Shown: positions 24,245 to 38,745, numbered from the stretch's first letter. The stretch: DNA of 64,000 nt from Mobula hypostoma (GCF_963921235.1 NC_086097.1:179554001-179618000), one strand, 5' to 3'. Translations and numbers: made by a program. The notes: generated by a model from the sequence alone, not told the origin.

Positions 24245-27200
24245 TTTTTCCATATAACTCAGGTCCTCCAGACCCAGCAACATTCTTGTAATTTTTTACT
24301 GTTCTCTTTCAACCTTATTTACAACCTCCCTGTAGGTAGATGACCAAAACTGCATACAATACCCCAAATTAGGCCTCATCAACGTCTTATACAACTTCAA
24401 CACAACATCCCATCTCCTATACTTAATACTTTGATTTATGAAGGCCAATGTGACAAAAGCTTTCATTTCAACCCTACCCATCTGTGACGCCACTTTAAAT
24501 GACTTCTGGACCTATATTCCCAGATCCCTTTGTTGTACCACACTCCTCAGTACCATTCACTGTGTAAGATCTATCCTGGTTGGTCCTACCAAAGTGCAAA
24601 ACCTCAGGATTGTCTACATTAAATTCCTTCTGCCATTTTTCAACCCACTTTCCAGCTGATCCAGATCCCACTGCAAGCTGTGATAGCCTTCCTCACTGTC
24701 CACTACACTCCCACTCTTGGTGTCATCCATAAATTTGCTGATCAAGTTAACCACATTATCATCTAGATCATTGGTGTAGATGACAAACAACCACTACTCA
24801 GTGGCCTCCAAGTCAGAGAGGCAACCATCTACTACCACTCTCTGGCTTCTCCTACAAAACCAATGTCTAATCCAATTTACTACCTCATCTTGAATGCCAG
24901 TTGACTGAACCTTCTTGACCAACCTCCCATGTGGGACCTTGTCAAATGCCTTACTAAAGCCCATGTAAACAATATCCACTGTCTTGCCTTTATTAACTTT
25001 CCTGGTAACTTCCTCGGAAAACTCTATAATATTGATTAGACATGGCCTACCACACACAAAGCTACGCAGACTATCCTTAATCAGTCCATGTCTATCCAGT
25101 CCACACAGAATACCTTCAAATAACTTTCCCACTACTGATGTCAGGCTCACTGCCTATAATTTCTTTATGTATTTTTAGAGCCTTTCTTGAACAGCAGAAC
25201 AACATTCCTCTTGTACCTCACCTGTTGCTAAGAACGATTTAAATATCTCTGCTAGGGCCCCGGCAATTTCAGCACTTGCCTCCCAGTGTCCAAGGGAACA
25301 GCTTGACAGGTCCTGGGGATTTACCATACACTTCCCCACACTATATTACACCAGCCATTTCTTTGTCCATTCTTCCAATCTGTCCCTTTTGCAGACTCCC
25401 TGCTTTCTCAACACTACCTGTTCCTCCAACTATCTTTGTTTTCTCTGCAAACTTGGCCAAAGTCATCAATTCTGTCATTGACATACAATGTGAAAAGAAA
25501 CAGTCCAATTCTGACCCCTGCGGCACACTATTAGTCATCAGCAGCCAGGGGAATAAGCCCCCTTAATTCCCACTCTTTGCCTCCTGCCAGTCAGCCAATC
25601 TTCTATCCATGCTAATATCTTTGCTGTAATACCATGGGCTCTTACCTTGTTGAGCAGCTTCATGTGTGGTACCTTGTCAAAGGCCTTCTGAAAATCCAAG
25701 TAAACAACATCCACTGACTCTCCTTTGACTATCCTGCCTGTTATTTCCTCAATGAAATCCAAGACAGTTTACAGGCAAGATTTCCCCTTGAGGAAACCAT
25801 GCTGACTTTGGCCGACTTTATCATGTGCTTCCAAGTACCCCGAAACCTTACCCTTAATAATTGATTCCAATATCTTCCCAACCACTGAAGTCAGGCTAAC
25901 TGGCCTATAATTTTCTTTCTTCTGCCTCCCTCCCTTCTTAAAGAATGGAGTGATATTTGCAATTTTCCAGTCCTCTGGAACCATTCCAGAATCTAGTGAT
26001 TCTTGAAGGATCATTACTAATGCTTCCATAATCTCTTCAGGTATCCCCTTCAGAACTTTGGTGTGTAGTCCATCTGGTCCAGGTGACATATCTACCTTCA
26101 GACTTTTCAGCTTCGCAAGCAGCTTCACCTTAATTATAGTAAATACACTCACTTCTGCCCCCTGACACTCTTGACCTTCAGGCATACTGCTAGTGACTTC
26201 CACAGTGAAGACTGATGCAAAATACTTAAGCTCACCAGCCATTTCTTTGTCCCCCATTACTACCTCTCCAGCGTCATTTTCCAGTGGTCCACTTGAGTAC
26301 ATTCAGCTCCAGCTCCAGTTCCTTGACTTTGTCAGTCAGGAGTTGAAGTTGGGTGCACTTGCTGCAGAGGTGGTCATCAGGGAAACTAATAGGTACTCTG
26401 AAATCCCACATCTGACAGAAGAAACATTCCACAGCCTTAACTACACATCCTGCCTCTATTTGTTACACCTCTAACTTCGTGAGTTCGAGCCCCAGCCGAG
26501 GCAATGTGTTGTGTCCTTGAGCAAGGCACTTAATCACACATTGCTCTGTGACGACGTTGGTGCCAAGCTGTAAGGGTCCTAATGCCCTTCCCTTGGACAA
26601 CATTGGTGTCGTGGAGAGGGGAGACTTGCAGCATGGGCAACTGCTGGTCTTCCATACAACCTTGCCCAGGCCTGCGCCCTGGAGAGTGAAGACTTTCCAG
26701 GCGCAGATCCATGGTCTCGCAAGACTAATGGATGCCTTTACTAACTTCTCAAGCTTAAGTTCTACTGTATGCCCATTCTCACCCAAGCCTACTGAGCCAA
26801 AACCTGGCCACTCTTAGCACTGTCCACTCCAACAAGGGCCACTCTGCTTACACCACACTTCTTTTATGGGACTCTGCCAAGTGCCTAAGAGATCAGCCTG
26901 CCAAATAGTTCTCAAAGAGTTCTTATTAAACCTTCTTCTGCCTCACCAACAAATGACTTCTCACAATGATTTCAGCCTACTGAAAAGTTCTGAAATGGCC
27001 CGAGCTCTTTTTAAACCTCGCACTGCCTCACCAATAAACAGCTTCTTGTGATGATTGCAGCCCACTGACCATAGTTATACAGCAGACCCTTCGGCCCAAC
27101 TCATGGATGTCAACCAATACGATTACATGAGCTAATCACATTTGTGTTTGGCTCATTCCCTCTAAATTTTTTCAATCCATCTACCTGTATAAATGTATTT

Positions 27201-27410
27201 TAAACATTCTAATTATCCACCTCTACACCTTGCTTTTCAGCTTGTTTCATAAACCCACTACCCTCTGTGTGAAAAATATATCCCCTCAGGTCCTTTTTAA
27301 TCTTTCCTTCCCAACTTAAATCTTCTAGTTTTATATTCCTCTATCTTGAGAAGAGGACTGTTGCCATCTACCTTACCTATACCCCTCATGATTTTGTATA
27401 CCTCTATACA
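24245..27410 (-). mobile_element. Cluster of decayed CR1 fragments
   Basis: RT ORF pieces 24296..25150 and 25341..26302 (NYRPVSLTS, DFQKAFDKVPH), ORF1/5' remnants 26300-27060, 3' tail 27090-27410. Confidence 0.8.
26479..26740 (+). mobile_element. 5'-truncated tRNA-derived SINE
   Basis: B box gagttcgagccc, gtgtccttgagcaaggcacttaa core, two 3' hairpins; 8-bp TSD ctaacttc at 26471-26478 and 26741-26748. Confidence 0.75.
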
Positions 27411-29061
27411 GTAAATGGTAACCTCACATAGTATGCAGATATGTACTGTATTAGCTATCCACCAGACCTCTGTTACTACATTTTCCTAACAAATTATTCA
27501 TTTTGTACATTTTTTTTAATATGCATGGATGTAATCCAGGAGTCTTGTCCTCCTTGAATAAATGCCTCTAATTTAATTGCCTTTTTCTGTCTTGAAAAGA
27601 GTCACTTCAATATTTACCTCATTGTCCATTCTCATGCTTGCCTGTTTTAACTCTGATCTACACTGAAGAAAACATACTATTGCTGGCATATCCCTGTCAT
27701 TAGCTGTGGCATTTTCCAGTCTGTCCCTTAATGAACCTATTTCCATTCCAACCTTTTTCTATTGATGCATCTGTAAAATATTTTCATATTTTATGTTCTT
27801 TGATAATTTACTTTCATGGTCCCTTTGTTGTCCTTCTAATATTTTTAACCTTTTTCTAATCCCTTCATACTCTCATTGATCATGTACTTTTCCACCAACT
27901 ATATCCTCACGATACCGTATATCTCTTTTCATACTTTCAATTGTTCACTTATGTCTTTATTAATCCATGGAGTCCCAGGAAGATTTAGTTTATCCTTTCC
28001 TTTGAGCAGAATAGGTTTTTTTCCTGCACTCTGCCAGGTTACTGTCTTACCTTTTCAAACCCTGGTGGTCTGAATATAGATGAATGAAAGTTAAAATATT
28101 TAATGAAAGTTTTCTCCTGATTCAGATGCTTTCCACTAATGGTTATATCAGAAAGATACACAAATACAGAATTTTCTGTGTATCTCTTTTTAGAGGCTAT
28201 TGACAGTTGCAAAACTGTTTTTTATTTTACAAAAGCAAATGCAGCGAGAGAATTTTGTTTCAATGTTCAGGTATTTCAGGAAGCTTAAAAGTAAATAATT
28301 TTCTATGAAAGAAATTACAAATGCCTTGCCACTAGAAGGGACGTTAGCACACAGAAAAAAATATTACTATGGTGTGCAAATAACTTCCACCAGGCTTTCA
28401 TATTGTATAAATACAAAAGATCTATGTTACTATAACTCAAATTAAATTTGACTAATATAAACGTAGGTATTGAAGCATACTCTTTCTCAGTTTGTTATAT
28501 TACATTATAGAGAATTTACAATGTAGTAACTGGCTATTTAGCCCAAATACCGGTTCTTGCATTTAAGCTTCATTTGCGTCTCATTCAACCTTACTGTATT
28601 TAGTCAAATCTATTCCTTGAACTGTCAACTCTATCGCCAATATCTCTTCAATTTTTTGCAGTTGAAGTTCATCTGTGGATTTATGAGCAATTGTAACATT
28701 TATGATGACGAGTCCTGAAGAAGGGTTTCATCCTGAAACATCAACTGTTTATTCATTTCCATAAATGCTGCCTGACCTGCTGAGTTCCTCAGCATTTTGT
28801 GTGTGTGACATTTATGATCCTTTTTTAAAACTCTCCCTTGAATAGAAACTTTGTCTCTTTCAAACTCCTTAACAATTTTATCAGGTAACACTCCCTCAGA
28901 TTTCCCCAGTCTCTCCAAGCATTTCTGATATTATAACTTCTTAGTTTTGTGATCATCCTTGTAAGATATGTTTACAGCATCTCTGTATCCCTTCTTTTGT
29001 TAATCAGGTACTACTTTGGCCGAACAATCTTCAGTTCCCTCATCAATGACCTTCCTTCAGT

Positions 29062-29995
29062 TATCATCAACATCATCATCAGGTACCATGCCCAGTTTGA
29101 GCTTTGACTGCCATGGCCCACACACTCCTGTTTTGGGTCAAGTGGATCAACTCATTGGTATTCATTTCCAGTTCTCTGGCTGCTGACTCCATCATCATTT
29201 GTCTTTGTCTTCCTCTTGCTTTCTTCCCTTCAATCTTTCCCATAATTACCGTGCATTCTAACTCCTCTTTCCTCATCACATGTCCAATGAAGTTACGTTG
29301 CCTTTTCATGATCTCATACATTCTCTTTTTGTGTTTGCTCTGTTCATGACATCCTCGTTAGATATTTGTTTCATCCATGATATTCTTTGCATCCTCCTCA
29401 AAAACCACATCTCTGCTGCTACAATTCGTTCCCTCATGTTACGTGATATTGTCCAACATTCTGAGCCATATAACTGGATAAACGTAACATTTCAGTACTT
29501 TGAGGCGGGTTGTCATGCCTAGTTTAGTATTGGTCAGTATACTCTTCATTCTCGTAAAGGTGTCTTTTGCCTATTCTTCTTTTAATGTCCAAGTCACACC
29601 TGCCATCTGACGTCACCCAGCTTCCTAAGTAGCAAAAGTTCTGTACTTGTTTTATATCTTCCCTGTTTATTCTCAGCCTGCAGATAGGATTCTCCTTTTT
29701 GGATATCACCATACATTCTGTCTTTTTGCAATTGATAGATAGACCCATTTTTGCACTTTCTTCAACAATTTTATCAATTAAGTTTTGTAGTTCTTCCTCT
29801 GTACACACAGTCTCATCTGCATATCTGAAATTATTAATGTTTTCACTGCCAACTTTGATTCCCAAGATGTCTGTTATTTTTTGTAATATTGTTTCACTAC
29901 TGTATTGTGTACTGGGAACAAACTGCCACAGTAAGAATAGATGGAGAAGTGAGTCAGTTTACAAAAATCAAGAGAGGCATTAGACAAGGTTGTGT
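29062..29995 (-). mobile_element. RTE-clade LINE 3' fragment
   Basis: NNFRYAD, YLGS, GKIEGKKARGRQR motifs; (ATG)n-type tail (catcatcatc on +). Confidence 0.8.
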
Positions 29996-30004
29996 TTTCA
30001 TTCA

Positions 30005-31380
30005 GTTATAAGATCAGAAATAGGGATGCTTGCTGATAATTGCACAATGTTAGGCACAATTTGTGACACTTCAGATAATGAAGCAGTATACATCCAAACA
30101 CAGCAAATCCTGGACATCTAGCAAGGATGTAATGCTGAGGCATTGGTCAGATCGGATTTGGAGCACTGAACAGTTTTGGACCCCATATCTAAGAAATGAT
30201 ATGCTGACATTGGAGTGTCCAGAAGAGATTTACAAGAATTATCCCAGGAACGAAAGGGCTGACGTATGAAGAGTATTTGATCCTTCTGGGTTTGTATTCG
30301 CTGAAGTTTAGAAGGATGGTGGGGGGAGGGTTTTCACTGAAACCTTAAATTTAAAATATCTAATTGAAAGGGCTTAATAAGTGAATTTGGAGAGGATTTT
30401 TTCCATTAGTGGGAGAGACTAAGACCAGAGGGCACAGCCTCAGAAAAAAAGCATGTCCCTTTAGAAAAGAAATGAGGAGGAATTTATTTTGCCTTAAGTG
30501 ATGAATCTGTGGAATTCATTGCCTCAGATGGTTGCAGGTCAAGTCATTTGGTAAATTCAAAGCAGAGCTTGATAGGTTCTTGATTAGTAAAGACATCAGA
30601 GGTTACAAGAGGAAGAAAGTTGAAGGGAAAATAAATCACCCATGATCAAATGGCAGAGTAGATTCAATGGGCTCTATGTCTAATGGTCTTACAATATCTA
30701 GGCCCAGACTGGTACAAGGCAACTAACATTCACATCACTTGTGCCAATGAGTGACAATATTCAGATATCACCCACTGACATTACCTTCACTGAATTCCTC
30801 ACTATCAATATCGTGGGTCAACCACTGATCAGAAACTATGGCTACAAGAGCAAATTGGAGGCTAGGAATCCTTTGACCAGTAACTTCACCTCCTGACTCC
30901 CAAAAGCTTGTCAGCCATCAACAAGTCTCAAGTCAGGACTATGACAGAATACTCTCCACTTGCTTGGATGAATGCAACTTCATCACACAAGAAACTCAGC
31001 TCCCCTGGGCAGGCCACCCATCCACAACCATAGACTACACAGTAAGAGCACCCTGTATTATCTACAGGATGCACACTAACCAAGGCTTGCTAGACGGCAT
31101 CTTTCAAATCACCCCTACCAGCTGGAAGGACAAGGGCAACAAAAGCACAGGAAACACCAGCCCTCGGAAGCTGCCCTGAAGCCACACACCATCCTGACTT
31201 GGAAATATATCACAGTTCCCTCACCGTCACTGAGTCAAAATCCCAGAACATCCTCCTTAACACCACTGTGTGTATACCCATAACTCAAGGACTATAGTGT
31301 TTCAAGAAAGCAGCTCACCACTATTTTCTCAAACGGTGGATGGGCAATAAAATGCTGGCTCAGCCTGTGAAGTTCACACA
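30005..31380 (+). mobile_element. Old CR1/L2-like LINE fragment with nested CR1 3' fragment (~30115-30690)
   Basis: FADxC-like RT remnant at ~30030; CR1 C-terminal motifs; gggcaataaaatgctggc-type tail at ~31345. Confidence 0.6.
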
Positions 31381-32876
31381 CGTTGAACAAATACCGAATA
31401 ACTAGTGGATCAGACCCATAACAGATGCAGTGAATTTGCCCAAAAAGTCACATTTTACCACCAAAGCTTGCTTTCTCTGCTGTTTTAGGTAAGATGCTGG
31501 ATGTTTGAGAAAGGATTTAGTTAGTAAGTATGGGTTTAGATTTCTATATGAACCCTGGGAGATTAAGAGAATCAAGAGATAGGGGATTAGTGCAAAAAGG
31601 TGGCACTCAAGTCGAGAATCAGCCATGATCTCACTGAGTGAGCGGAAATGAAGGGGCAAATGGTCTATTCCATTAATTATTAATAATGTTGTTACGTCTA
31701 CTCAGCTCCCCTGTTGGTGTGTGCCTCCATCTTCTTCAACTTATCCCAATTGGGTAAATCTTAACAGGTACATTTGTGAAAATAAGACATTTGTTGTTAC
31801 TTTAAAGAAAATGTAAATATTGTTAAGGAAATCATACATACCATGGTCTGTAATTGTTATCACAGATTGCTATTTTGTTTCATTTTATCGATACAGTGCA
31901 ATATTTTGTTTATTGAACAAAAATGCCAAATTCTATCAAACATAAAAACAAAAACAAACCCTGAACTAAAAACAAAGGCTGGGATTTTTAAACACCCCCA
32001 AAACAATATGTTCCAAGTTCCCTGTAATATTTCAAAGACACACAGTTACACTTTCAGATATGCAGACAATGATTCAGAATATGGTCTTATTTGTTTCTCT
32101 CCAAAAAGAAATATATTCCATTGCACAGTGCTCCAAAACAAAAGCAACCTGGACCAAAACTAGGCACATCAACAGTTTAAATATAATCTTCCCCGTAGTT
32201 TGTCTGGAAACCAAAAATAGTTTTTAAAAAGATATTTGTCAGACTAGTGTGATTCCAAACTAGCTCAATGAGGTCAGAGAGCCATTAGAAAAATATAATT
32301 TGTACTTAACAATGATCAATTAAGGTATCCAAAAAAACTGATTACAGTTTCTAAAATGTAATGTTCCATTTCTGATCCTCTTTTCCTATTTATGACTCAC
32401 AAAGTTTGAAAGGTTTATTCTCCTATTAAGCAGTAAGTATTAGACTGTAGACTGCTGCTCTTGTAGCAAAGAGGATTGCAGGGAAGAGGAATGGGAAAGG
32501 AATATGAGATTGCAAAGTCAAAGGACAAACATTTAAATTAAAGGGAAAAAGAAAAGACACAAAATAATATGAAAAGAAACTCTGGAGCTCACTGCGGAGT
32601 GAAAACAGGATTATCACAGCTTTCAAAAGGAGAAGGAATAAGTGATTAAGCAAAGTAATTTGCAAAACCATGGGGAAGAACAGATGAATGGGACAGAAAA
32701 GATTGCTCTAAAAATCTTCTTCTGAGCCATAACAATTCCGTGAGTCTAATTCATGAAATTTCAGATGCAGTTTTATAGAACAATTGTATATTCTATTGTT
32801 TAATTGAATGAAGCAAACTGTACAATTGTTAAACATTGTCACTAAAGGGACTGATGAATTAGTTGGATGTTCTTAC

Positions 32877-32930
32877 CTCTGCTCACGTGAAACATTTTCA
32901 CTAAGTCATTCATATCAAGTGATGGATTCC
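32877..32930 (-). CDS. CABYR: CABYR-like gene, second coding exon (54 nt)
   Basis: ccattag|GG...AGAG|gtaaga; phase 1-1; encodes GNPSLDMNDLVKMFHVSR, similar to mammalian CABYR GNTTMDIKDLVKQFHQIK. Confidence 0.9.
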
Positions 32931-33062
32931 CTAATGGAAATGGAAAAATGAACAGTAAGATGGAACTGTAAGTAACTTACTTTCCATTGAAAATGTGTTA
33001 AATTTAAAATATTTGAAATACTTATATTTATTCAACTAAGTAAAAGAAGGCAGAATACAAAC

Positions 33063-33207
33063 CATCTCGAAACTGTAATAACTCCTTGAAATATGAAGAG
33101 GCAAATTGTTGGATGTTGTCAGGCTGGTCTTGCACCACAGCTCTGCCCAATGCCTCTAGCAGAGTTTTCAAACCATCAGGCACCATGAGTTTGCCGTGGG
33201 AAGGCAT
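33063..33207 (-). CDS. CABYR: CABYR-like gene, first coding exon (RIIa dimerisation/docking domain)
   Basis: Reads MPSHGKLMVPDGLKTLLEALGRAVVQDQPDNIQQFASSYFKELLQFRD, matching the CABYR/SP17/ropporin N-terminus (VPxGLKTLLE...QFA.YF.EL). Acceptor tttcag just upstream (exon starts 33228), GT donor at 33062; 145 coding nt. Lies downstream of TTC39C on the same strand, as in mammals. Confidence 0.9.
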
Positions 33208-33899
33208 CTTGATTAGTTCCTAATATATCTGAAATCAGAATAATGAAAACAACAAAAGTGATGATGACCTAAATTCTAGTCTCTATGATTGAATCTACTA
33301 TCCAAGTTAAACCCTCCCTTGTCACTAATAAAGCAGATTTGCATAGTATGATGCTAATTTCTACAACAATGATTAAACAGGTAAGATACAAGAGGTAAAT
33401 ACAAATTTTTCAATGAGAATATTTATCCTGCTCGATGATTGCCAATGTCTGATTGTATGAAGTTTTGCTTTGCATTAAAAATTCCACGAGCATGCACTGA
33501 AGCAACAAAAAAAGGTACATCAGAGATTGTCATCAAAGGAAACTGATGATCTCGAAGGACTGGAGCTGGAGGAGACAGCAGAAACAGTAACGGACAAAGC
33601 CATGGAAAAATTAGAAAATCAAGATGACAGCGTCAGGTTGGTGGCCAATATAAGGATCAACAGGTCTCAGTACAAATTGGGACAAGGAGCAGAATAATAG
33701 ATCATTTGAATTAAGCAACGTGGATTCTGAGCAAAATTAGAATTTAAATTTAAAAAGCAAATAAATATTAGATAATTTCAGTTAAGATAAACGGACTATG
33801 ATCTCTTCATATTCATGAATCAGATTATGTAATTTAAGAATGTTACACATTGGAGATTAGGGTTCCTGTTGGTAAAATACCTATAATATAATAACTACA

Positions 33900-36000
33900 C
33901 ATATAGAATAGAGTCATGGGATCCTACAGCACAGAAATAAGCTCTTCAGCCTAACATGTCTGCAACCTTTCCAGCTAATGTCATCCTTCCTATAAATGGG
34001 CAATCAGAACTCACTATCGACTTACAGTTGTAACATGATATGTCAACTGTATTCAAAGCCATGAATAATAAAAACAGGCTTGCCAATATTTTCTTACATA
34101 GAAGAAAGAATAATACACCACTGGATCAGGCCCTTCACCCATGGTGTCTATGCTGACCATGATACCGAATTAAACTAAATCACATCCGTCTGCACATGAT
34201 TCATATCCACCCCCATTCCTCCATATTTAAGGGTTGACATATTTATGTTCTTCACTATCATAATCTACCTGCATCACCACTTGCTAGGAACAATGTACCT
34301 GTTGTGTAAAGCTCTCCAAGGACCTACCATTTACTGTATAAGTCCTGCCCTGATTTAACATACCAAAATACACCTCCTCCTTGAAAGAGTTAAATTCCAC
34401 CTGCCTTTTATTGACCTGTTCCAACAAGTTCCTATTGTAAACTTAGATAACATTTTTCACTTCCAGCACACCACCAATTTTGGCATCATTCACAAACTTG
34501 CTAACCATATCAACAACATTGTCATCCAAATCACTTATATAGATGATAAATCACAGTGGCCCAGCACGGATCCCTCGGGCACACCACTGGTGGCAGGCCT
34601 CCAGTCTGAATAACAAGCCTCCTTTATCATTTTCTGTCCCCTTTCACCAATTTTGTATAGAAGCGACTAGCTCATGCTGGATCTCATAAAACCATAGGAG
34701 CAGAATTAGGCCAGAGAGCCTAGTGAGTCTGCTCCCACATTCAATCACGGCTGATTTTTTTTCAACACACGAAATGCTGGAGGGGATCTCAGCAAGTCAG
34801 ACGGTATCGATGGAGGGAAATAAACAGACGTGTTTCAGGCTAAGACCCTTCATCAAGACTGGAAAGGAAGGAGACAGAAGCCAGAATAAGAAGGTGGGGA
34901 AGGGGAGGGGAGGAGTAAAAGCTGGCAGGTGATACCAGTTGAGGGGGAAAGGTTGGTGGGTGGGGGGCATAATGTAAGAAGTTGGGAGGTGATAGGTAGA
35001 AGAGGTAAAGGGCTAGGGAAGAAGGAATCTGATAGGAGATGACAGCAGACCATGAGATACAGGTGGTGAACTAGAGGACATGATGGGCAAGTCATGAGGC
35101 TGGGGGAAGGGAAGCAAACCTAATGGGAGAATCTGGGAAAACGAAAAAAGGTGGGTAAGTGAATAGATGGGGAAGGTACAGGATGGTAGAACAATCATTG
35201 TTCATGCCATCAGGTTGGAGACCACCCAGAGTATCTCCTCCAACCTGCATTTGACCTCATCAAGGCAGTAGTGACACTGACACTGTCCCAACACTGACCC
35301 TGTGGAAGTTTGCCAGATCCAGCAGACCAGTCTACCATGCAGGATGTTGTCAAAGCCCTTACTAAAGTCCATGAAGGCAACATCTGCTGTCCTGTTATCA
35401 GTCTTCTTTGTTAACTCTTGAAAAAACTATCAAATTTGTGAGGCACGATTTCCCACACACAAAGCCATGCTAACTATCCCTAATCAGGCATTGCCCCTGC
35501 AAATACTGGTAGATCTTGTTCTTCCAAGCTAGTCCCAGTTGTGCATGTTTGGGGCCATATCATTATAAACCCCTCATATCCATGTATTTATCCAAACGTA
35601 TTTTAAACATTGCTATTTTACCAGTCTCAGCCACATTCTCAGGCAGCACATTCCATATATTTACCACTTTCTGTGTGAAGATGTGCCCTCAGGTCTCTTT
35701 TAAACCCTTCGCTTCTCCCCTTAACCCTATGCTCTCTAGTTTCCTAGGAAAATGACTGCACATTCACTCTATCAATGCCCTTCATAATTTTAAACAACTA
35801 TATAAAGTCACCCCTCAATCTCCCATGCTTCAAGCAGTAAAGTCCAAGCCTGCCCTATAACTTGGGCCCTCAAGTCCTGGCAGCATCCTTGTAAACCTTT
35901 GCACTCTTTCCAATTTAATAATGTCTTTTCCATAAAAGAGTGACCAAAACTGTACACAATACTCCAAATGTGGTCTTACCATCACCTTGAACATGTTGTG
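33900..36000 (-). mobile_element. Mixed decayed CR1 fragments and Penelope-like 3' end (34760-35270)
   Basis: CR1 RT remnants (ccagtggtgtgcc.agggatccgtgctggg on -); Penelope terminal motif agtcttgatgaagggtcttagcctgaaac on -. Confidence 0.6.
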
Positions 36001-36389
36001 GCTTAAAGGGCGTGTTTTTGTGCTGTCACTAAACTTACTGGGCTTCTTATTACTCTAATCATCTCATGCAAATAGTCACTGTCTTTTGGGAGAAGTCGTC
36101 CACACATTCAACATTCTATGCTCACAAAATGGTATCTGTGAGACACATTCAGTTAATTTACAAACAAGTTCCAAAGCTTCCAGTTAATTTTCATTTTATT
36201 TCAATACCAACTTCTCGCTTGTTCTCTTTTCTGTCATCCATACTGTTCTAATGAAATTCAATGCAAATCCAAAAAACAGCACCCAGTCTTCTCATTGACA
36301 TATCAAAGCTAGCAAGCATTTCAACTTCCCAGACACCAGCATCAGACTTCTTAGTTTTCAGAATACTTAAGTGTGAGCAGAAGGTGAGG

Positions 36390-38475
36390 AGTTCATAAGA
36401 TATAGGAGCAGAATTAGGCCATTTGGCCCATGGAGTCTGCTCCACCATTTCATCATGGCTGATCCATTTTTCCTCTTAGCCCCAGTCTCCTGCCCTCTCC
36501 TCGTGTCCCTTCATGCTTGGACCAATCAAGAATCTATCAACCTCTGCCTTAAGTATACGTAAAGACCTGGCTTCCAGCTGCCTGTGGCAACGAATTCCAC
36601 ATATTCACCACTCTCTGGCTAAAAAAATTCCTCCTCATCTTATTTCTAAAAATACGCCTCTCTATTCTAAGGCTGTGTCAAGGAAGCATAACAGTCACCA
36701 TTATAGAACATTAAATAGTACAGCAGATTACAAACCCTTCAGCCCACAATGTTGTGCCGACCCTCAAACCCTTTCTCCCATATAAACCTCCATCTTAAAT
36801 TCCTCCATATACCCGTCTAGTAGTCTTTTAAACTTCACTAGTGTATCTGCCTCCACCACTGACTCAGGCAGTGCATTCCACACACCAACCACTCTCTGAG
36901 TAAAAAACCTTTTTCTAATATCCCCTTTGAACTTCCCACCCCTTACCTTAAAGCCATGTCCTCTTGTATTGAGCAGTGGTGCCCTGGGGAAGAGGTGCTG
37001 GCTATCCACTCTATCTATTCCTCGTAATATCTTGTAAACCTCAATCATGTCTCCTCTCATCCTCCTTCTCTCCAAAGAGTAAAGCCCTAGCTCCCTTAAT
37101 CTCGGATCATAATCCATACTCTCTAAACCAGGCAGCATCCTGGTAAATCTCTTCTGTAGCCGTTCCAATGCTTCCACATCCTTCCTATAGTGAAGCGATC
37201 AGAACTGGACACAGTACTCCAGGTGTGGCCTAACCAGAGTTTTATAGAGCTGCATAATTACATCGTGACTCTTAAACTCTATCCCTCGACTTATGAAAGC
37301 TAACACCCCATAAGCTTTCTTAACTACCCTATCTACCTGTGAGGTAACTTTCAGTGATCTGTGGACATGTACCCCCAGATCCCTCTGCTCCTCCACACTA
37401 CCAAGTATCCTGCCATTTACTTTGTACTCTGCCTTGGAGTTTGTCCTTCCAAAGTGTACCACCTCACACTTCTCCGGGTTGAACTCCATCTGCCACTTCT
37501 CAGCCCACTTCTGCATCCTATCAATGTCTCTCTACCATCTTCGACAATCCTCTACACTATCTTCAACACCACTAACCTTTGTGTCTTCTGAAAACTTGCC
37601 AACCCACCCTTCTACCCCCACATCCAGGTCGTTAATAAAAATCACGAAAAGTAGAGGTCCCAGAACAGATCCCTGTGGGACACCACTAGACACAATCCTC
37701 CAATCTGAATGTACTCCCTCTACCACAACCCTCTGCCTTCTGCAGGTAAGCCCAATTCTGAATTCACCTGGCCAAACTTCCCTGGATCCCATGCCTTCTG
37801 ACTTTCTGAATAAGCCTACCGTGTGGAACCTTGTCAAATGCCTTGTCAAATCCATGTAGATCACATCCACTGCACTACCCTCATCTCTATGCCTGGTCAC
37901 CTCCTCAAAGAACTCTATCAGGCTTGTTAGACACGATCTGCCCTTCACAAAGCCATCCTGACTGTCCCTGATCAGACCATGATTCTCTAAATGCCCATAG
38001 ATCCTATCCCTAAGAATCTTTTCCAACAGCTTTCCCACCACAGACATGAGGCTCACCGGTCTATAATTACCCGGACTATCCCCATTACCTTTTCTGAATA
38101 AGGGGACAACATTCGCCTCCCTCCAATCCTCCGGTACCATTCCCATGGACAACAAGGATAAAAAGATCCTAGCCAGAGGCTCAGCAATCTCTTCCCTCGC
38201 CTCGTGGAGCAGCCTGGGGAATATTCCGTCAGGCCCCGGGGACTTATCCGTCCTAATGTATTTTAACGACTCCAACTCCTCCTCTCCCTTAATATCAACA
38301 TGCTCCAGAACATCAACCTCACTCATATTGTCTTCACCATCATCAAGTTCCCTCTCATTGGTGAATACCAAAGAGAAGTATTCATTGAGGACCTCGCTCA
38401 CTTCCACAGCCTCCAGGCACATCTTCCCACCTTTATCTCTTATCTGTCCTACCTTCACTCCTGTCATCCTTATCA
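36390..38475 (-). mobile_element. CR1 LINE 3' half (RT), plus adjacent CR1 tail
   Basis: ORFs 37532..38476, 37199..37516, 36764..37177 with CR1 RT motifs; few disruptions. Confidence 0.9.
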
Positions 38476-38479
38476 CTTG

Positions 38480-38745
38480 ACAGTGCCAATGATCCGGGTT
38501 TAATTCCCACTGCTCTGTGTATGTAAGTTCTCCCCGTAACTGTGTGGGGTTCCTTCAGGTGCTCCAATTTTACCTCATATTCCAAAGGGTTCAGGTAACT
38601 AAGTTATGGGCATGCTATGTTACAGATGGAAGCATGGCAACACTTGTGGGCTGCCTCTAGCTTGTCTTCGAACTATGTTCGGTATTAATGCATTTAAGTG
38701 ATACATTTGTGACTTTATATTTCAATGTGCTTGTGACACACAAAG
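38480..38745 (+). mobile_element. Degenerate V-SINE-like element
   Basis: gggtttaattccc B-box remnant and ttctccccgtaactgtgtggggttcc...ggtgctcc body. Confidence 0.5.
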
